Source of the DNA: an uncultured Acidobacteriota bacterium
Lineage (GTDB): Bacteria > Acidobacteriota > Blastocatellia > RBC074
Direction of reading: 5' to 3'
Length of the DNA stretch: 64,000 nt
Assembly (NCBI GenBank): GCA_963699175.1
Contig: OY969418.1
Span: 2,205,352 to 2,269,351, forward strand
The notes under the pieces were generated by a model. That model did not search any database. It had not been told where the DNA came from and was given only the letters and a program-made list of their open reading frames with translations. Position 1 is the stretch's first letter. Each line of letters begins with the position of its first letter. Of this stretch, positions 19,477-29,140 are shown piece after piece. The position numbers and the translations under genes are program-made.

Positions 19477-20718
19477 ATGACCAAATCAGAAGCTCTTCCC
19501 CTCCCCCGTACCATCTCGTTCAGCGACTGGCTGGCTAACAAACTTTCACGCGTCACCTCGTCCGGCGAATTGATTCCCGAAATCGATGGCCTGCGCTTTC
19601 TGGCCATCGCGTCGGTGCTCTTTCATCACATGATGTCCATCTACCTGCACCGCAGCGGTAGGAGCGCCGTCGCAGTGCATTCGCAGGCGGACTGGATGGC
19701 TACCATCAATCAATCGTGGTTGGTGCAGTTGTGTTACGACGGTCATTTCGGCGTCAACCTCTTCTTTGCTATCAGCGGCTTCATCCTCGCTTTGCCATTT
19801 GCTAAACGCAGTTTCGCAAATCAGCCCGCGCCGAGTTTGAAAAACTATTATCTGCGCCGCGTGACGCGCATCGAACCACCCTACGCGATCTGCCTGATTC
19901 TCTTCTTTCTTTATCAATGGCTGGTCTTCCACAAGGAATTGGAGTTCCTGTTTCCGCACCTGCTGGCAAGCCTATTCTACGCGCATAACCTGGTCTATGG
20001 CACGCACAGCGTGATTAACAGCGTGGCTTGGTCTTTAGAGATAGAGATTCAGTTCTACCTGCTCGTGCCCGTGTTGGTGAAGCTCTTCAAGCTGAAAAAT
20101 GCAGCGATACGGCGCGGCTTGTTGCTGGTGTTAATTACTGCGGGCGGCTTGCTTTCAACCAGCGTAATTTATCCGTCAGGCTCAACACGCTTGATGCTAT
20201 CGCTCCCAAACTTCGCGCACTACTTCCTGGTCGGCTTTTTGCTAGCCGATTTGTATCTGCACGATTGGTTCAAACCGGAGCGGAAGTCATGGCGGGGCGA
20301 TTTGCTGACACTGCTGGGTGGGGGGGCGAGTGTCGCAGTGCTCAGCCGCTTCGGGCTGTTTTATTTCGCGCTGCCGCTGCTGGTATTGGTGCTCTATTTA
20401 GGCTGCTTGCTGGGCAAGCTGTCGAACGAGCTCATCAAAATGCGTTGGATCGTCATCATCGGTGGGATGTGCTACACGTTCTATCTTTATCACGTGCCGA
20501 TTGTGTCGGAGATGTTATCAAAGACGGCAGTGCTGGCGTCGGCGACGCGCCCGTTGGGTGTAGATTTTCTGCTGCAATGTCTGCTCGTCTGCCCGCTCGT
20601 CTTTTTGCTTTGCAGTTGGTGGTTTGTAGTAACTGAGAAGCCATTTATGCGCTGGAGTCTGTCAGCGAAGCCTAAACAGCGCGCGGTTGAATATGAAACT
20701 AATGTGCTGCTGTCGTAA
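19477..20718 (+). CDS. acyltransferase family 3 (OafA/OpgC-like) integral membrane protein
   Basis: Start at MTKSEALPL. IDGLRFLAIASVLFHH motif. Ten or more hydrophobic segments. Confidence 0.75.
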   Translation: MTKSEALPLPRTISFSDWLANKLSRVTSSGELIPEIDGLRFLAIASVLFHHMMSIYLHRSGRSAVAVHSQADWMATINQSWLVQLCYDGHFGVNLFFAISGFILALPFAKRSFANQPAPSLKNYYLRRVTRIEPPYAICLILFFLYQWLVFHKELEFLFPHLLASLFYAHNLVYGTHSVINSVAWSLEIEIQFYLLVPVLVKLFKLKNAAIRRGLLLVLITAGGLLSTSVIYPSGSTRLMLSLPNFAHYFLVGFLLADLYLHDWFKPERKSWRGDLLTLLGGGASVAVLSRFGLFYFALPLLVLVLYLGCLLGKLSNELIKMRWIVIIGGMCYTFYLYHVPIVSEMLSKTAVLASATRPLGVDFLLQCLLVCPLVFLLCSWWFVVTEKPFMRWSLSAKPKQRAVEYETNVLLS

Positions 20719-20787
20719 CGTTTCAGCAAGCTCATACACTTAAAATTGCCAAGCCAAACCCGCGTTGAAAGCGGGAGGATTAGGTGT

Positions 20788-21432
20788 ATGGGAATTAGTT
20801 TCAACTGGCCAACCTGGTACGGAATCATTGTCACTGTGATGGGCCTGCACTGGCTTTTCAGCCGCCGCGCTGGCTCTGCCAAACCGCTTCTTTCGTTAAT
20901 GCTGCTGATCGCACTGGTGAACTATGGGCAGTCTTATTATCAGAAATACGCCGGGACTCATCAGTACAAATCTCCACTCGCTGGCGCGTCTGCGCAAACC
21001 AGCCGCACATACCACAAAAGCAGCGGCGCAGTCAGCGTCTTCGATCAATCGTCCGGGGAGGAAATCTTCGCGCACTTCGTGGCCAAGCCAGCGGCGCAAC
21101 TGAAACAGTTGGATCAACAGAGCAACGGCGATTGGCTGGCGAGTTTCTGGATTCCTGAAGCCACCGCGCTGGAAGCAGCGCCGGAGATGCGCGGTTGGTG
21201 GGAGCGAGAGATCGAGGACGAAGCCATCACGGTGCCCTTCACCCGCTGTTACAAATCCTTCTTCGGCTCGATCAGGGTAGAAGACCCGCAAACGGGCTGC
21301 ACCTTGTTCGTCTACAAAGAGAGCGGCAAATATCACCCCATCGTCGTAGCCAAGTCAGCTAGCGAGAGCACAGGGACTTGGCGCGTGCTCTTCTCCACAC
21401 AGCCGGGGCTGCCTTCCGTGCCGACAGAGTAG
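20788..21432 (+). CDS. hypothetical membrane-anchored protein
   Basis: GGAGGA RBS 8 nt before the ATG at 20788. Two N-terminal hydrophobic helices. Overlaps the decayed SulP fragment on the other strand. Confidence 0.4.
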   Translation: MGISFNWPTWYGIIVTVMGLHWLFSRRAGSAKPLLSLMLLIALVNYGQSYYQKYAGTHQYKSPLAGASAQTSRTYHKSSGAVSVFDQSSGEEIFAHFVAKPAAQLKQLDQQSNGDWLASFWIPEATALEAAPEMRGWWEREIEDEAITVPFTRCYKSFFGSIRVEDPQTGCTLFVYKESGKYHPIVVAKSASESTGTWRVLFSTQPGLPSVPTE

Positions 21433-21780
21433 TTTCATGTGAGCAATGCTCGCGCGCGCCAACGCCACATCACTGTTCTCCATCACATTTTCGTGGCCCA
21501 GCTTTTCTAAGAAGCCCGGCTGCTCCATCACGCGCAACTGTTGTTCAGCCACGCCGGTCAGCAGCAGTGTGCCGCCGAGCACGCCGATCACCAAGCCCGC
21601 GATGACGGCGGTGTAAAGCTCCGGCTCCGGCTTCACGCCCGAAGCAATCGCAAAAGCAATCGCCAGCGGCAGCGCGACGATGCCGCCGATGAGACCCGCA
21701 ATCAGATCGCTGGTGAACTGTTTGCGCATGTATCCTTCGCGCAGGACGGTGACAAGTTTGGGTTCGAGGCGGGTTTGCAT
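21355..21780 (-). pseudogene. N-terminal ~140-codon fragment of a SulP-family sulfate/bicarbonate permease
   Basis: MQTRLEPKLVTVLREGYMRKQFTSDLIAGLIGGIVALPLAIAFAIASGVKPEPELYTAVIAGLVIGVLGG matches the SulP N-terminus. The sequence then diverges and stops. A full SulP is ~550 aa. Confidence 0.5.
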
Positions 21781-22164
21781 GGGCGGGAATGATAAGGGCG
21801 GCGTGGTTGTTCCGCCAATCAGTTGGCTAACCAGAATGGAGTTGGCTCGCCGGTCAGTTTTTTGTTGTGACAATTGTCTTCACAGCAGAATGGACATATA
21901 CTCCGGCGCGTTCCGCAGTCTCCGTTCAAGATCCGCGAAATGGCCAGGCAGTCGCGCTGGGGTCGGAAGACCGTATTGAACGACCAAAGATGTCTACACC
22001 TAAACGTCCGCGTATGTTTCGAGAGAAAATGCTGGAGCCACGGCGTAGAGGTGATTCTGGTTTTAGACGTCGGTTAACCAAATGACGCTCTAAGTAGGTA
22101 AGAGGGGAATCTACAGAAAGGCTGCGAATCTAAAAAGCGGTAAAAATACTATTGGGGAGAAAGA

Positions 22165-23034
22165 GTGTTAGCTATGTCTACATCAAGTAAAGGAAACCTT
22201 AAACGTACCTGGGTCGTCACCATCCTTTTCGTGGTAGCACTTGCACTCTATTTTTTGCTTCCTCTTCTCCCAACAATCCCCGAATCAATCAAACACCTTT
22301 CATTAACTCTCACTGCGGTAATGGCAGTTCATTTGTTGGATCGCCTCTGGTTATTCCGTGATTATTTTGAATACATGGTAGAGATTAAAAAAGGGGTTGA
22401 GCTTGAAATCAGAAATCAAACATCACCCTTACTCCAGCGAATTGATGAGATGAAAAGGGGGCTGGGAATCAAGGTTTCATACCTAGAGCGACAACATAAC
22501 AGCGCCAATCTTTTCAGCAGGGCCAGGGAGATTGTGAATATGGCGGAAGAAAGCATTTTGGTCTTAAACTCCCCTACATATGAAAGCGAGGAAGACGATG
22601 ACACAGGAGAAGCGGCGAAGGAACGCGCTCAATATTACGAATCGATATTAAATCGAGTAAGAACGGGAAGCGGGAAAATACGATACGAACGCCTGCTACA
22701 GATTCACAACGAGCAGGACTTAAAAAGCATTGCAATAAGAAAAGAATACAATAAACATTTGAATAGGATGCTTGACGAGCAACACAAGAGCCCCAACTTG
22801 CACATACACCTTCTTAAGGTACAGGCCAGGCGTTTAGCAACTTTCGTTCTTATAGATAACAAATACCTGATTTGGGAATCTAATGAGTTTGTAGACGCAC
22901 AAAAGATACGAATGCATGGGGTTTTCATTATTGAGGACCCTTCTCGAGAAATTACAAGACACTTTTATACATTTTTTGACGACTTGAGACTTCTGAATAA
23001 AGGGCCTGTTACTCGTGACGACCTGTCCAAGTAA
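22165..23034 (+). CDS. hypothetical protein with N-terminal TM helices; markedly low-GC gene
   Basis: 289-aa ORF in an AT-rich (~42% GC by eye) stretch, contrasting with neighbours. Two hydrophobic helices, then a charged helical domain. Confidence 0.5.
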   Translation: MLAMSTSSKGNLKRTWVVTILFVVALALYFLLPLLPTIPESIKHLSLTLTAVMAVHLLDRLWLFRDYFEYMVEIKKGVELEIRNQTSPLLQRIDEMKRGLGIKVSYLERQHNSANLFSRAREIVNMAEESILVLNSPTYESEEDDDTGEAAKERAQYYESILNRVRTGSGKIRYERLLQIHNEQDLKSIAIRKEYNKHLNRMLDEQHKSPNLHIHLLKVQARRLATFVLIDNKYLIWESNEFVDAQKIRMHGVFIIEDPSREITRHFYTFFDDLRLLNKGPVTRDDLSK

Positions 23035-23138
23035 TAAGGCAATCACAAGGTAAAGATGAATTTGAAGTGGAAACCTAACTCAGCCGTTAAGCAGCCCGAA
23101 AAAGTGACTGTTTCTTGGCGGGCCTGTAGTTAAGCGCA

Positions 23139-23996
23139 ATGGAAACAGAAAAAAGCTACTACATTGAAGTGGTCGAGCCAACTGATCTGGATGCGTTGAA
23201 GGCAATCCAGGAATTGCAGGTGGCTGCTTGGGAGGGTTTGCCAGACAGGGACATTGTCCCGGCGCACGTGTTAGAGGTAGTCGCGGAAACCGGCGGCCAA
23301 CTCCTCGCAGCGCGAGCAAATGACAACAACCAGATCATCGGTTTCGCCTTAGCCTTCCTTGCGAAGAATGATGGGTTGGAGAAGCATACAGGGATACCGG
23401 AAGACGAATTGTTCTTCGCATCACACATGGTCGCCGTCCTGCCCCAGCACCAGGGCGGCGTCGGTTATGAACTGAAGCAGGCACAGAAGGATCACGCGCT
23501 CCGCCGTGGGATCCGTTGGATGCAGTGGACCTACTATCCAATGCTGAGCAAGAATGGATCGTTAAACTTAAGGAAACTTGGCGCGCGCTGTTATAAGTTC
23601 GTGCGCAACAAGTATGGGAAGTTGACTGGTGGCTTATATCAAGGTTTGCCCTCAGACCGATTGATCGTGCTTTGGGATATGCAGCACCCTGGGGCCGCCC
23701 CGTTCCAACAAGATGCTGTGCTACTCACTCGACGAGATAGGGATTGGAGACCCGTCTTAGACAGATCGGTACTCGAAGCGGCGGCTAGCGGAAGCGGACC
23801 GCCATCAGTCATCTGCACTGTTCCGATTGAGTTTGTAGCACTCCGCCAGCGTGACTTAGATGCCGCTCGCGCTTGGCAAGAGAGCTTTGCACAAGTGGCC
23901 ACAACGCTTCTAACCTCAGAGGCACGTTGGGCAGTCGCCAATTTCAGGGTTAGTGAGGATAAAGAAGAGGGAGAGTACCTGTTCATTAGAGAATGA
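23139..23996 (+). CDS. GNAT-fold acetyltransferase-like protein with C-terminal extension
   Basis: Q-x-x-G-x-G motif (LPQHQGGVGYEL) with the surrounding beta-alpha pattern. 285 aa. Confidence 0.45.
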   Translation: METEKSYYIEVVEPTDLDALKAIQELQVAAWEGLPDRDIVPAHVLEVVAETGGQLLAARANDNNQIIGFALAFLAKNDGLEKHTGIPEDELFFASHMVAVLPQHQGGVGYELKQAQKDHALRRGIRWMQWTYYPMLSKNGSLNLRKLGARCYKFVRNKYGKLTGGLYQGLPSDRLIVLWDMQHPGAAPFQQDAVLLTRRDRDWRPVLDRSVLEAAASGSGPPSVICTVPIEFVALRQRDLDAARAWQESFAQVATTLLTSEARWAVANFRVSEDKEEGEYLFIRE

Positions 23997-24010
23997 GAGC
24001 TAAACCCCAG

Positions 24011-24085
24011 AACCCCGTAAATCATTTCCGAAATTGTTTGCGCCTGTAGCCTTCACGCAGAATTGTGACGAGTTTGGGTTCAAGC
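24011..24085 (-). pseudogene. second, 24-codon remnant of the SulP 5' end plus its upstream region (diverged duplicate of 21700-21960)
   Basis: The reverse complement reads MPTRLEPKLVTILREGYRRKQFRK-stop. The upstream 150 bp is ~75% identical to the region upstream of 21780, including the conserved ggacatatactcc. Confidence 0.35.
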
Positions 24086-24341
24086 CGGGTTGGCATGGAT
24101 AGGAATGCTAAGGGCAGCGTGATTGCTCTGCCACTCGGTTAGCAAAACCGAATGCGGTCGTTTGGTTGGTCAAATCTTCAGTGCCACGATTGTCTTCCCG
24201 ACGCGACGGACATATACTCCGTCGCGTTCCGCAATCTCAACTTAACACTAACAATATGACCAAGTAGTCGCGCTTTGACTGTTAGACTCGATTGAGCAGT
24301 CATACTTCTTCAAAGATTACGCTTTGAAAGTCGGATAAATC

Positions 24342-25112
24342 ATGGGCATACCAACACAAATAGACGTGCGAGTAGTCGCAAAGGATGGCAAATATCTGGG
24401 TGATGATATTGGCGGATCGCTCATAACCATTCACGATGTCCACACAGGTGAGTTGCTCGCGCGCGGCACAACCGGCGGAGGCTCAGGACAGCAGAATCTG
24501 ATGGAGATATGTCTGACTCGCTCGGAAGTTTTGCCGGTTGACGGAGCTTCGGTTTTCACCGTGTCGCTCGATTTAGCTGAGCCTCGTTTGATTAGGGTAA
24601 CTGCCTATGGGCCACTTGCCGCACAGAAATCTGCCAACACAGTCTCTCTTACACAATGGGTCTACCCAGGGAAGAATATAACTGGGGGAACGGAAGGTGG
24701 CGGCTTCTTATTGGAGATGCCCGGATTGATAGTTCAAATATTGAATCCCCCTACCCACTACTTGCCACAAACTGCTCCTCAACAGATAGAAATAAGAGCC
24801 AACGTGACGATGATGTGTGGCTGTCCTATTGGTAAAGGTCACCCGCCCTGGGACCCCAATCAATTTGAAGTTATGGCTGTAATCAAGCAAGGAGAATATA
24901 TCTCCCTTGAGCTTCCCCTCAAGTATGACGAAGCCGCCCCGTATGCAGCACCAAGCCAGTTCGCTAATAAGTGGCAAGTGCCGAAGAATGATGCCCGGCA
25001 GCCCCAGATATACGAGATAACAGTTTCAGCCTTTCAGCAGAAGACAGGCAACACAGGAGTTGACAAGGCAACGGTCATAATTCCGCCAGGAACTACAGCG
25101 TCCAAGAGTTAA
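24342..25112 (+). CDS. hypothetical protein
   Basis: 256-aa ORF with coding-like composition. No recognised motif. Confidence 0.45.
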   Translation: MGIPTQIDVRVVAKDGKYLGDDIGGSLITIHDVHTGELLARGTTGGGSGQQNLMEICLTRSEVLPVDGASVFTVSLDLAEPRLIRVTAYGPLAAQKSANTVSLTQWVYPGKNITGGTEGGGFLLEMPGLIVQILNPPTHYLPQTAPQQIEIRANVTMMCGCPIGKGHPPWDPNQFEVMAVIKQGEYISLELPLKYDEAAPYAAPSQFANKWQVPKNDARQPQIYEITVSAFQQKTGNTGVDKATVIIPPGTTASKS

Positions 25113-25144
25113 TCGCCAAGCTTATTTGAGAAGAGGAAACCATT

Positions 25145-25501
25145 ATGGATAAGCAAAACAGCCAGCGCGCGACGACGACGATCGCGTTGCTATTGGTCAT
25201 AGTATTGGTTTCCTGGTTGGCGGCGTGTGGCAACAATAAATCGTTCGACTCGGCTGCGTGGCTGAAGGGCGATCAGCGTGCGCGCGGCAGGATGTGCGAA
25301 GACCTGGTTAAACGCAAAATCCTCATCGGCCAACCCGCTGCAGAAACGCAACGCTTGCTCGGCCAACCCGACACGAATTATGTCAGCGTCCTCTCGTATA
25401 ACATTGATTTGGGCTGGCCCTTTAAGGATGCCAAGCACTGCGGACTTCAGGTGCACCTCGACGAAAACCGCAAGGTACGCGAAGTGAAGATTGTTGACTG
25501 A
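25145..25501 (+). CDS. lipoprotein, hypothetical
   Basis: Signal peptide ending in the lipobox LAAC. Confidence 0.5.
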   Translation: MDKQNSQRATTTIALLLVIVLVSWLAACGNNKSFDSAAWLKGDQRARGRMCEDLVKRKILIGQPAAETQRLLGQPDTNYVSVLSYNIDLGWPFKDAKHCGLQVHLDENRKVREVKIVD

Positions 25502-25592
25502 ACCCACCCTCCTGTAAAAAGAGGTAAAAGCCATAACCTCTTTGTAAAAGCACCAGCCGCCTGACTGTCTCTACGTCAGCCATTGATTTATC

Positions 25593-26738
25593 GTGGACGC
25601 ATTCTTGCTGAGAACATCCAGGAGGGAGATTTCTATCTTGCCAAGCAGATACGCAATCATTTTACTTTTCATCTTCGCCTTGATTGGGCAAGCTGCTTCT
25701 TCTCCACAGGACAAAGAAGCGCAAAGCCCGGCACGCAACTTTGAAGTCCAGAAACTTGCTGAAGGCGTCTACGCCGTGATCCGCAAGGACCTGCCAGGGT
25801 TGATGGTTGATGCGAACAACGTTTTCATCATCAACGATGATGATGTGATTGTCGTTGATGCCAACGGCGCGCCTTCGATAACGAAAGAGGTGTTGGCGGC
25901 GCTGCGGAAGCTGACGAACAAGCCGGTGAGGTATGTGGTCAACACGCACTGGCATGACGATCACATCATCGGCGATCCGGTCTATCGCGACGCCTTCCCT
26001 GCGGTCGAGTTCATCGCGCACGCGAAGATGCGTGAGTACCTGCCAAAGCAAGGCGGGGCCAATCGGAAAAACTTTCTGACGGAAGCTCCCAATTTTCTGG
26101 ATTATCTACGCGGACTGCTGGAGAAAAACCAGAGTCTCACTGGCGCAGAACTGACGGCGGAAGAGCGCGCGAGCCTCACGAATGACATCAAGCTGGCCGG
26201 TTGGGTATTGGCAGAGGGCGCTCAGACACAATTGACTTTGCCGACGCTCACCGTCGAAGATCGGCTGACGTTGCACCGGGGCAATAGCGTGATTGACATT
26301 CGGCATCTGGGGCGCGGCCACACCGCCGGAGACATCGTGGTTCATCTGCCTAAAGAAGGCATCGTAATCACCGGCGATCTGGTGGTCTGGCCTGTGCCGT
26401 TGGTTGGCAGCGAACAGTCGCACATCGGGGATTGGAGCGCGACGCTTGAGAGGCTGCGGGAGCTTAAACCGAGTATCATTGTCCCCGGCCACGGCCCAGT
26501 GATGCGCGATGATTCGTACTTGAAGCTGATGGCGAATTTGTTCGCATCGGTGAAGCAACAGACTGACGCAGCAGTGGCGCGCGGCGAAACGCTGGAACAA
26601 GTGCGAAAGAGTGTGAACCTCGACGAATTTCGGAAGCAATTTGCAGGCGACTCACCAGTCAGGCGAGTTCTATTCAGTAGCTATGTCACATCCCCTGCAG
26701 TAACTGCTGCATTCCGCGAGTCATCAGCGAAGCGTTGA
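25593..26738 (+). CDS. MBL-fold metallo-hydrolase, secreted
   Basis: H-x-H-x-D-H motif NTHWHDDHIIGD. Alternative TTG start at 25638 after an AGGAGGGA RBS gives a clean signal peptide LPSRYAIILLFIFALIGQAASS. Confidence 0.75.
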   Translation: MDAFLLRTSRREISILPSRYAIILLFIFALIGQAASSPQDKEAQSPARNFEVQKLAEGVYAVIRKDLPGLMVDANNVFIINDDDVIVVDANGAPSITKEVLAALRKLTNKPVRYVVNTHWHDDHIIGDPVYRDAFPAVEFIAHAKMREYLPKQGGANRKNFLTEAPNFLDYLRGLLEKNQSLTGAELTAEERASLTNDIKLAGWVLAEGAQTQLTLPTLTVEDRLTLHRGNSVIDIRHLGRGHTAGDIVVHLPKEGIVITGDLVVWPVPLVGSEQSHIGDWSATLERLRELKPSIIVPGHGPVMRDDSYLKLMANLFASVKQQTDAAVARGETLEQVRKSVNLDEFRKQFAGDSPVRRVLFSSYVTSPAVTAAFRESSAKR

Positions 26739-27247
26739 AGCTCAACACGTTGGGTGAAAATATGATTGCTTTACAGCCAATCGGGATCATCAGAAACTCG
26801 CGTCAAAGCATCGAGGATGATAACTGGGGCGGGATCGTGTCGGAGATTGAAATTGATGCGCCGCTGGGCGCAGAGAGCTTAGCGGGAATCGAAGAGTTTT
26901 CGCACGCCGAAGTGATCTTCTACTTTCATCAGGTCGAAGAACAAAAGATAGTGACCGGGGCCAGACATCCGCGCAACAATCCCGACTGGCCTAAAGTCGG
27001 CATCCTGGCTCAACGCGGAAAGAATCGTCCTAATCGCTTGGGTCTTGCGCTGGTCAAAATATTGAAGCGAGACGCTAACAAGCTCTACGTCGAGGGGCTG
27101 GATGCAATAGACGGCACGCCGGTCTTAGACATCAAGCCTGTGATGAAAGAGTTCCTGGCTGACGAAGACGTTCGCCAGCCGGAATGGGCGACGGAGTTGA
27201 TGAAGAATTATTGGAAGAATAGCTTGCCGGTTTCAGGGAACGCTTGA
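26735..27247 (+). CDS. TsaA/TrmO (YaeB, UPF0066) family tRNA methyltransferase-like protein
   Basis: IGIIRNSRQ..., LDAIDGTPVLDIKP and the RPNRLGLALVKI motif typical of the family. ATGA overlap with the MBL hydrolase stop. Confidence 0.65.
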   Translation: MKLNTLGENMIALQPIGIIRNSRQSIEDDNWGGIVSEIEIDAPLGAESLAGIEEFSHAEVIFYFHQVEEQKIVTGARHPRNNPDWPKVGILAQRGKNRPNRLGLALVKILKRDANKLYVEGLDAIDGTPVLDIKPVMKEFLADEDVRQPEWATELMKNYWKNSLPVSGNA

Positions 27248-27338
27248 CCCTCTTCCAGGCAGTTCGTACAGTATCTCTGTACAAAGATGTGTTATTGCCA
27301 AATCAGTAAAATAACACTGCAATTAAGAGGCCTAAACG

Positions 27339-27563
27339 ATGGTGACGATTACATTTCCTGACCGCGAAACTGAGAAACGGGCGCTGGCCTTTTTACTTGG
27401 CCGCTTTTCAGGGCGCGTGCTCCGCTCAGGTGAGCACTTAGTTCCAGAGGCAGCGCTGGAAGCCTTGGCAGACCAGAACATTCCGTTTACCGTCAAAGGC
27501 AAGACAACCTATGAGCAGCAAATGGCGGCGCTTCGAGATATTGCTCCCGCTTCAGTTCAATGA
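27339..27563 (+). CDS. hypothetical small protein (possibly 5' part of a frameshifted gene)
   Basis: 74-aa ORF overlapping the next ORF out of frame by 53 nt. Confidence 0.3.
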   Translation: MVTITFPDRETEKRALAFLLGRFSGRVLRSGEHLVPEAALEALADQNIPFTVKGKTTYEQQMAALRDIAPASVQ

Positions 27564-27831
27564 TGGACGCGATGTCCCAGCCGAGTGGCTCGCTGAGGCG
27601 GTCTTGGAGATCGTAGATCACTTTGGCGCCGCCAGTTATGAGACACAAAAAGTTGAAGGCCATTGGCGTTACAGTGGCGTCCTTTACCGGGATAATTTGG
27701 TCAGGGTAGTGATTGACGTAGCCGACTCAGCCAAGAATCGTCAATGGATGAAGCAGTTCAAAACCCGCTGGAAAACCCGTCTTGAACAAGTGGAACTTTG
27801 GATGGTGAGCTATCGCATTGATGTTGAGTAA
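27511..27831 (+). CDS. hypothetical small protein (possibly 3' part of a frameshifted gene)
   Basis: 106-aa ORF. No internal RBS at the ATG. Confidence 0.3.
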   Translation: MSSKWRRFEILLPLQFNDGRDVPAEWLAEAVLEIVDHFGAASYETQKVEGHWRYSGVLYRDNLVRVVIDVADSAKNRQWMKQFKTRWKTRLEQVELWMVSYRIDVE

Positions 27832-27839
27832 AGGTTACT

Positions 27840-29012
27840 TCAACAGCCGCAGCGCACCAGTAAGCGTTGCGCTGCGTCCCTGAAATCAGCCTCCGGCGTC
27901 AACAAACTCAACACCAGAAAAGACTCGCGCGCAAAGTCAAAGAAGTAGCCCGGATGCGCCAGCACATTATCTTCGGCGAGCAACTGTAGAACCAACTCTT
28001 CTTCCGACACGTGGCGCGGCACTTCGAGCGTGGCGTACCAACCGCCTTCAACTTTGAGCAGGCGGCACGGCGAGTGTTCAACCTGCTGCGCCAGCCAATG
28101 CAAATTCGCCCGCGTGCGCGTGCCGATCTGCGTCTGTAATTCGCGGCGCAGCGACAGCCAAGCAGCAGCCGCGTGCTGCACGGGCGCGCTGACGGAAAGG
28201 AAGGTGTCGGCGATCAATTCCAATCGCTCTTCGGCCTCGCGCCGCAATTCTGCTGGGCCATTCGTCACCAACCAACCAAGCTTCATCTGCGGCAGCGCGA
28301 GAATCTTGGAAAAGCCGCTCAGCACAAAGGTCAACGCCTGTTCATTCTCGACCAGCGAAGTCGCCAACCGCTCGTCAGCCTGCAAAACATAATCGCTGAA
28401 AACTTCATCAACAATCAGCGCCAGTTGGTGCGCCTGACAAAACTCGTTCAACGCTAAGACCTCATCACGCTTTACAAACGAGCCCGTGGGATTGTTCGGA
28501 TTGACCAGGATGATGGCGCGCGTGCGCGGTGTAACGGCGCGCGCCAGCGAATCGAAATCTATCTGCCAACCACGCGGATGCAGATAGCTCAGTTCGTAAG
28601 GGCGCAAGGCCACGCCTTCCAACGTCGCCAGGAAATCAAAGAGGGGGTAGCTTGGGTGTGGCACCAGCACTTCATCGCCGTGATCGCAAAGCAGCTTGAA
28701 CAGGTACGCGTATGCCTCGCTCGTGCTGGCAGTCAAAAAGATGTGTTCAGGCTCGATACGTAAGTTGCGCGTTGTGTAGTAGCCCGCGACCGCCTCACGC
28801 GCTTTGAGCAAGCCACGCGGTGTTGGTTCGTAAAGCAGCGCTGACTCCTGCGCCAGCGCGTTGAGGATCGGGGCTTTGGGATAAACAAAGCCCGCACGCG
28901 TTGGATTGGCCTCAGTCAAATCGAGCAGCTTTGCGCCAGCGCGTCGCTTCTCTTCAATCAACTGCGCTAGTTGATTGGTGGTTAAATCCCATTTGAAGCG
29001 TGCAGAAAACAT
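27840..29012 (-). CDS. class I/II pyridoxal-phosphate-dependent aminotransferase
   Basis: [16 protein letters not shown] lysine region. Overall aminotransferase fold length. Start moved to [10 protein letters not shown] at 29012, because the longer track start would translate the AT-rich hairpin arm. Confidence 0.7.
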   Translation of the reverse strand: MFSARFKWDLTTNQLAQLIEEKRRAGAKLLDLTEANPTRAGFVYPKAPILNALAQESALLYEPTPRGLLKAREAVAGYYTTRNLRIEPEHIFLTASTSEAYAYLFKLLCDHGDEVLVPHPSYPLFDFLATLEGVALRPYELSYLHPRGWQIDFDSLARAVTPRTRAIILVNPNNPTGSFVKRDEVLALNEFCQAHQLALIVDEVFSDYVLQADERLATSLVENEQALTFVLSGFSKILALPQMKLGWLVTNGPAELRREAEERLELIADTFLSVSAPVQHAAAAWLSLRRELQTQIGTRTRANLHWLAQQVEHSPCRLLKVEGGWYATLEVPRHVSEEELVLQLLAEDNVLAHPGYFFDFARESFLVLSLLTPEADFRDAAQRLLVRCGC

Positions 29013-29014
29013 GA

Positions 29015-29134
29015 AAAAGGCAAAAGGCAAAAGGCAAAAGCCAAATATCAAACGGCAAAAGGGTGGAACTTGTTTTTTCTGAAAAAGAAAGTGCCGACCT
29101 TTTGCCGTTTGATATTTGCCTTTTGCCTTTTGAT
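29015..29134. repeat. AT-rich inverted repeat with ~38-bp arms, immediately 5' of the aminotransferase start codon and 3' of the M16 peptidase stop
   Basis: aaaaggcaaaaggcaaaaggcaaaagccaaatatcaaacggcaaaagg / ccttttgccgtttgatatttgccttttgccttttga. (GGCAAAA)n-like periodicity. Confidence 0.55.
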
Positions 29135-29140
29135 TTGTTG

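Noticed and set aside
29013-29051. Longer start for the aminotransferase ([15 protein letters not shown]...)
   Set aside because: That N-terminus is the translation of the (GGCAAAA)n hairpin arm. The internal Met at 29012 gives a normal aminotransferase N-terminus.
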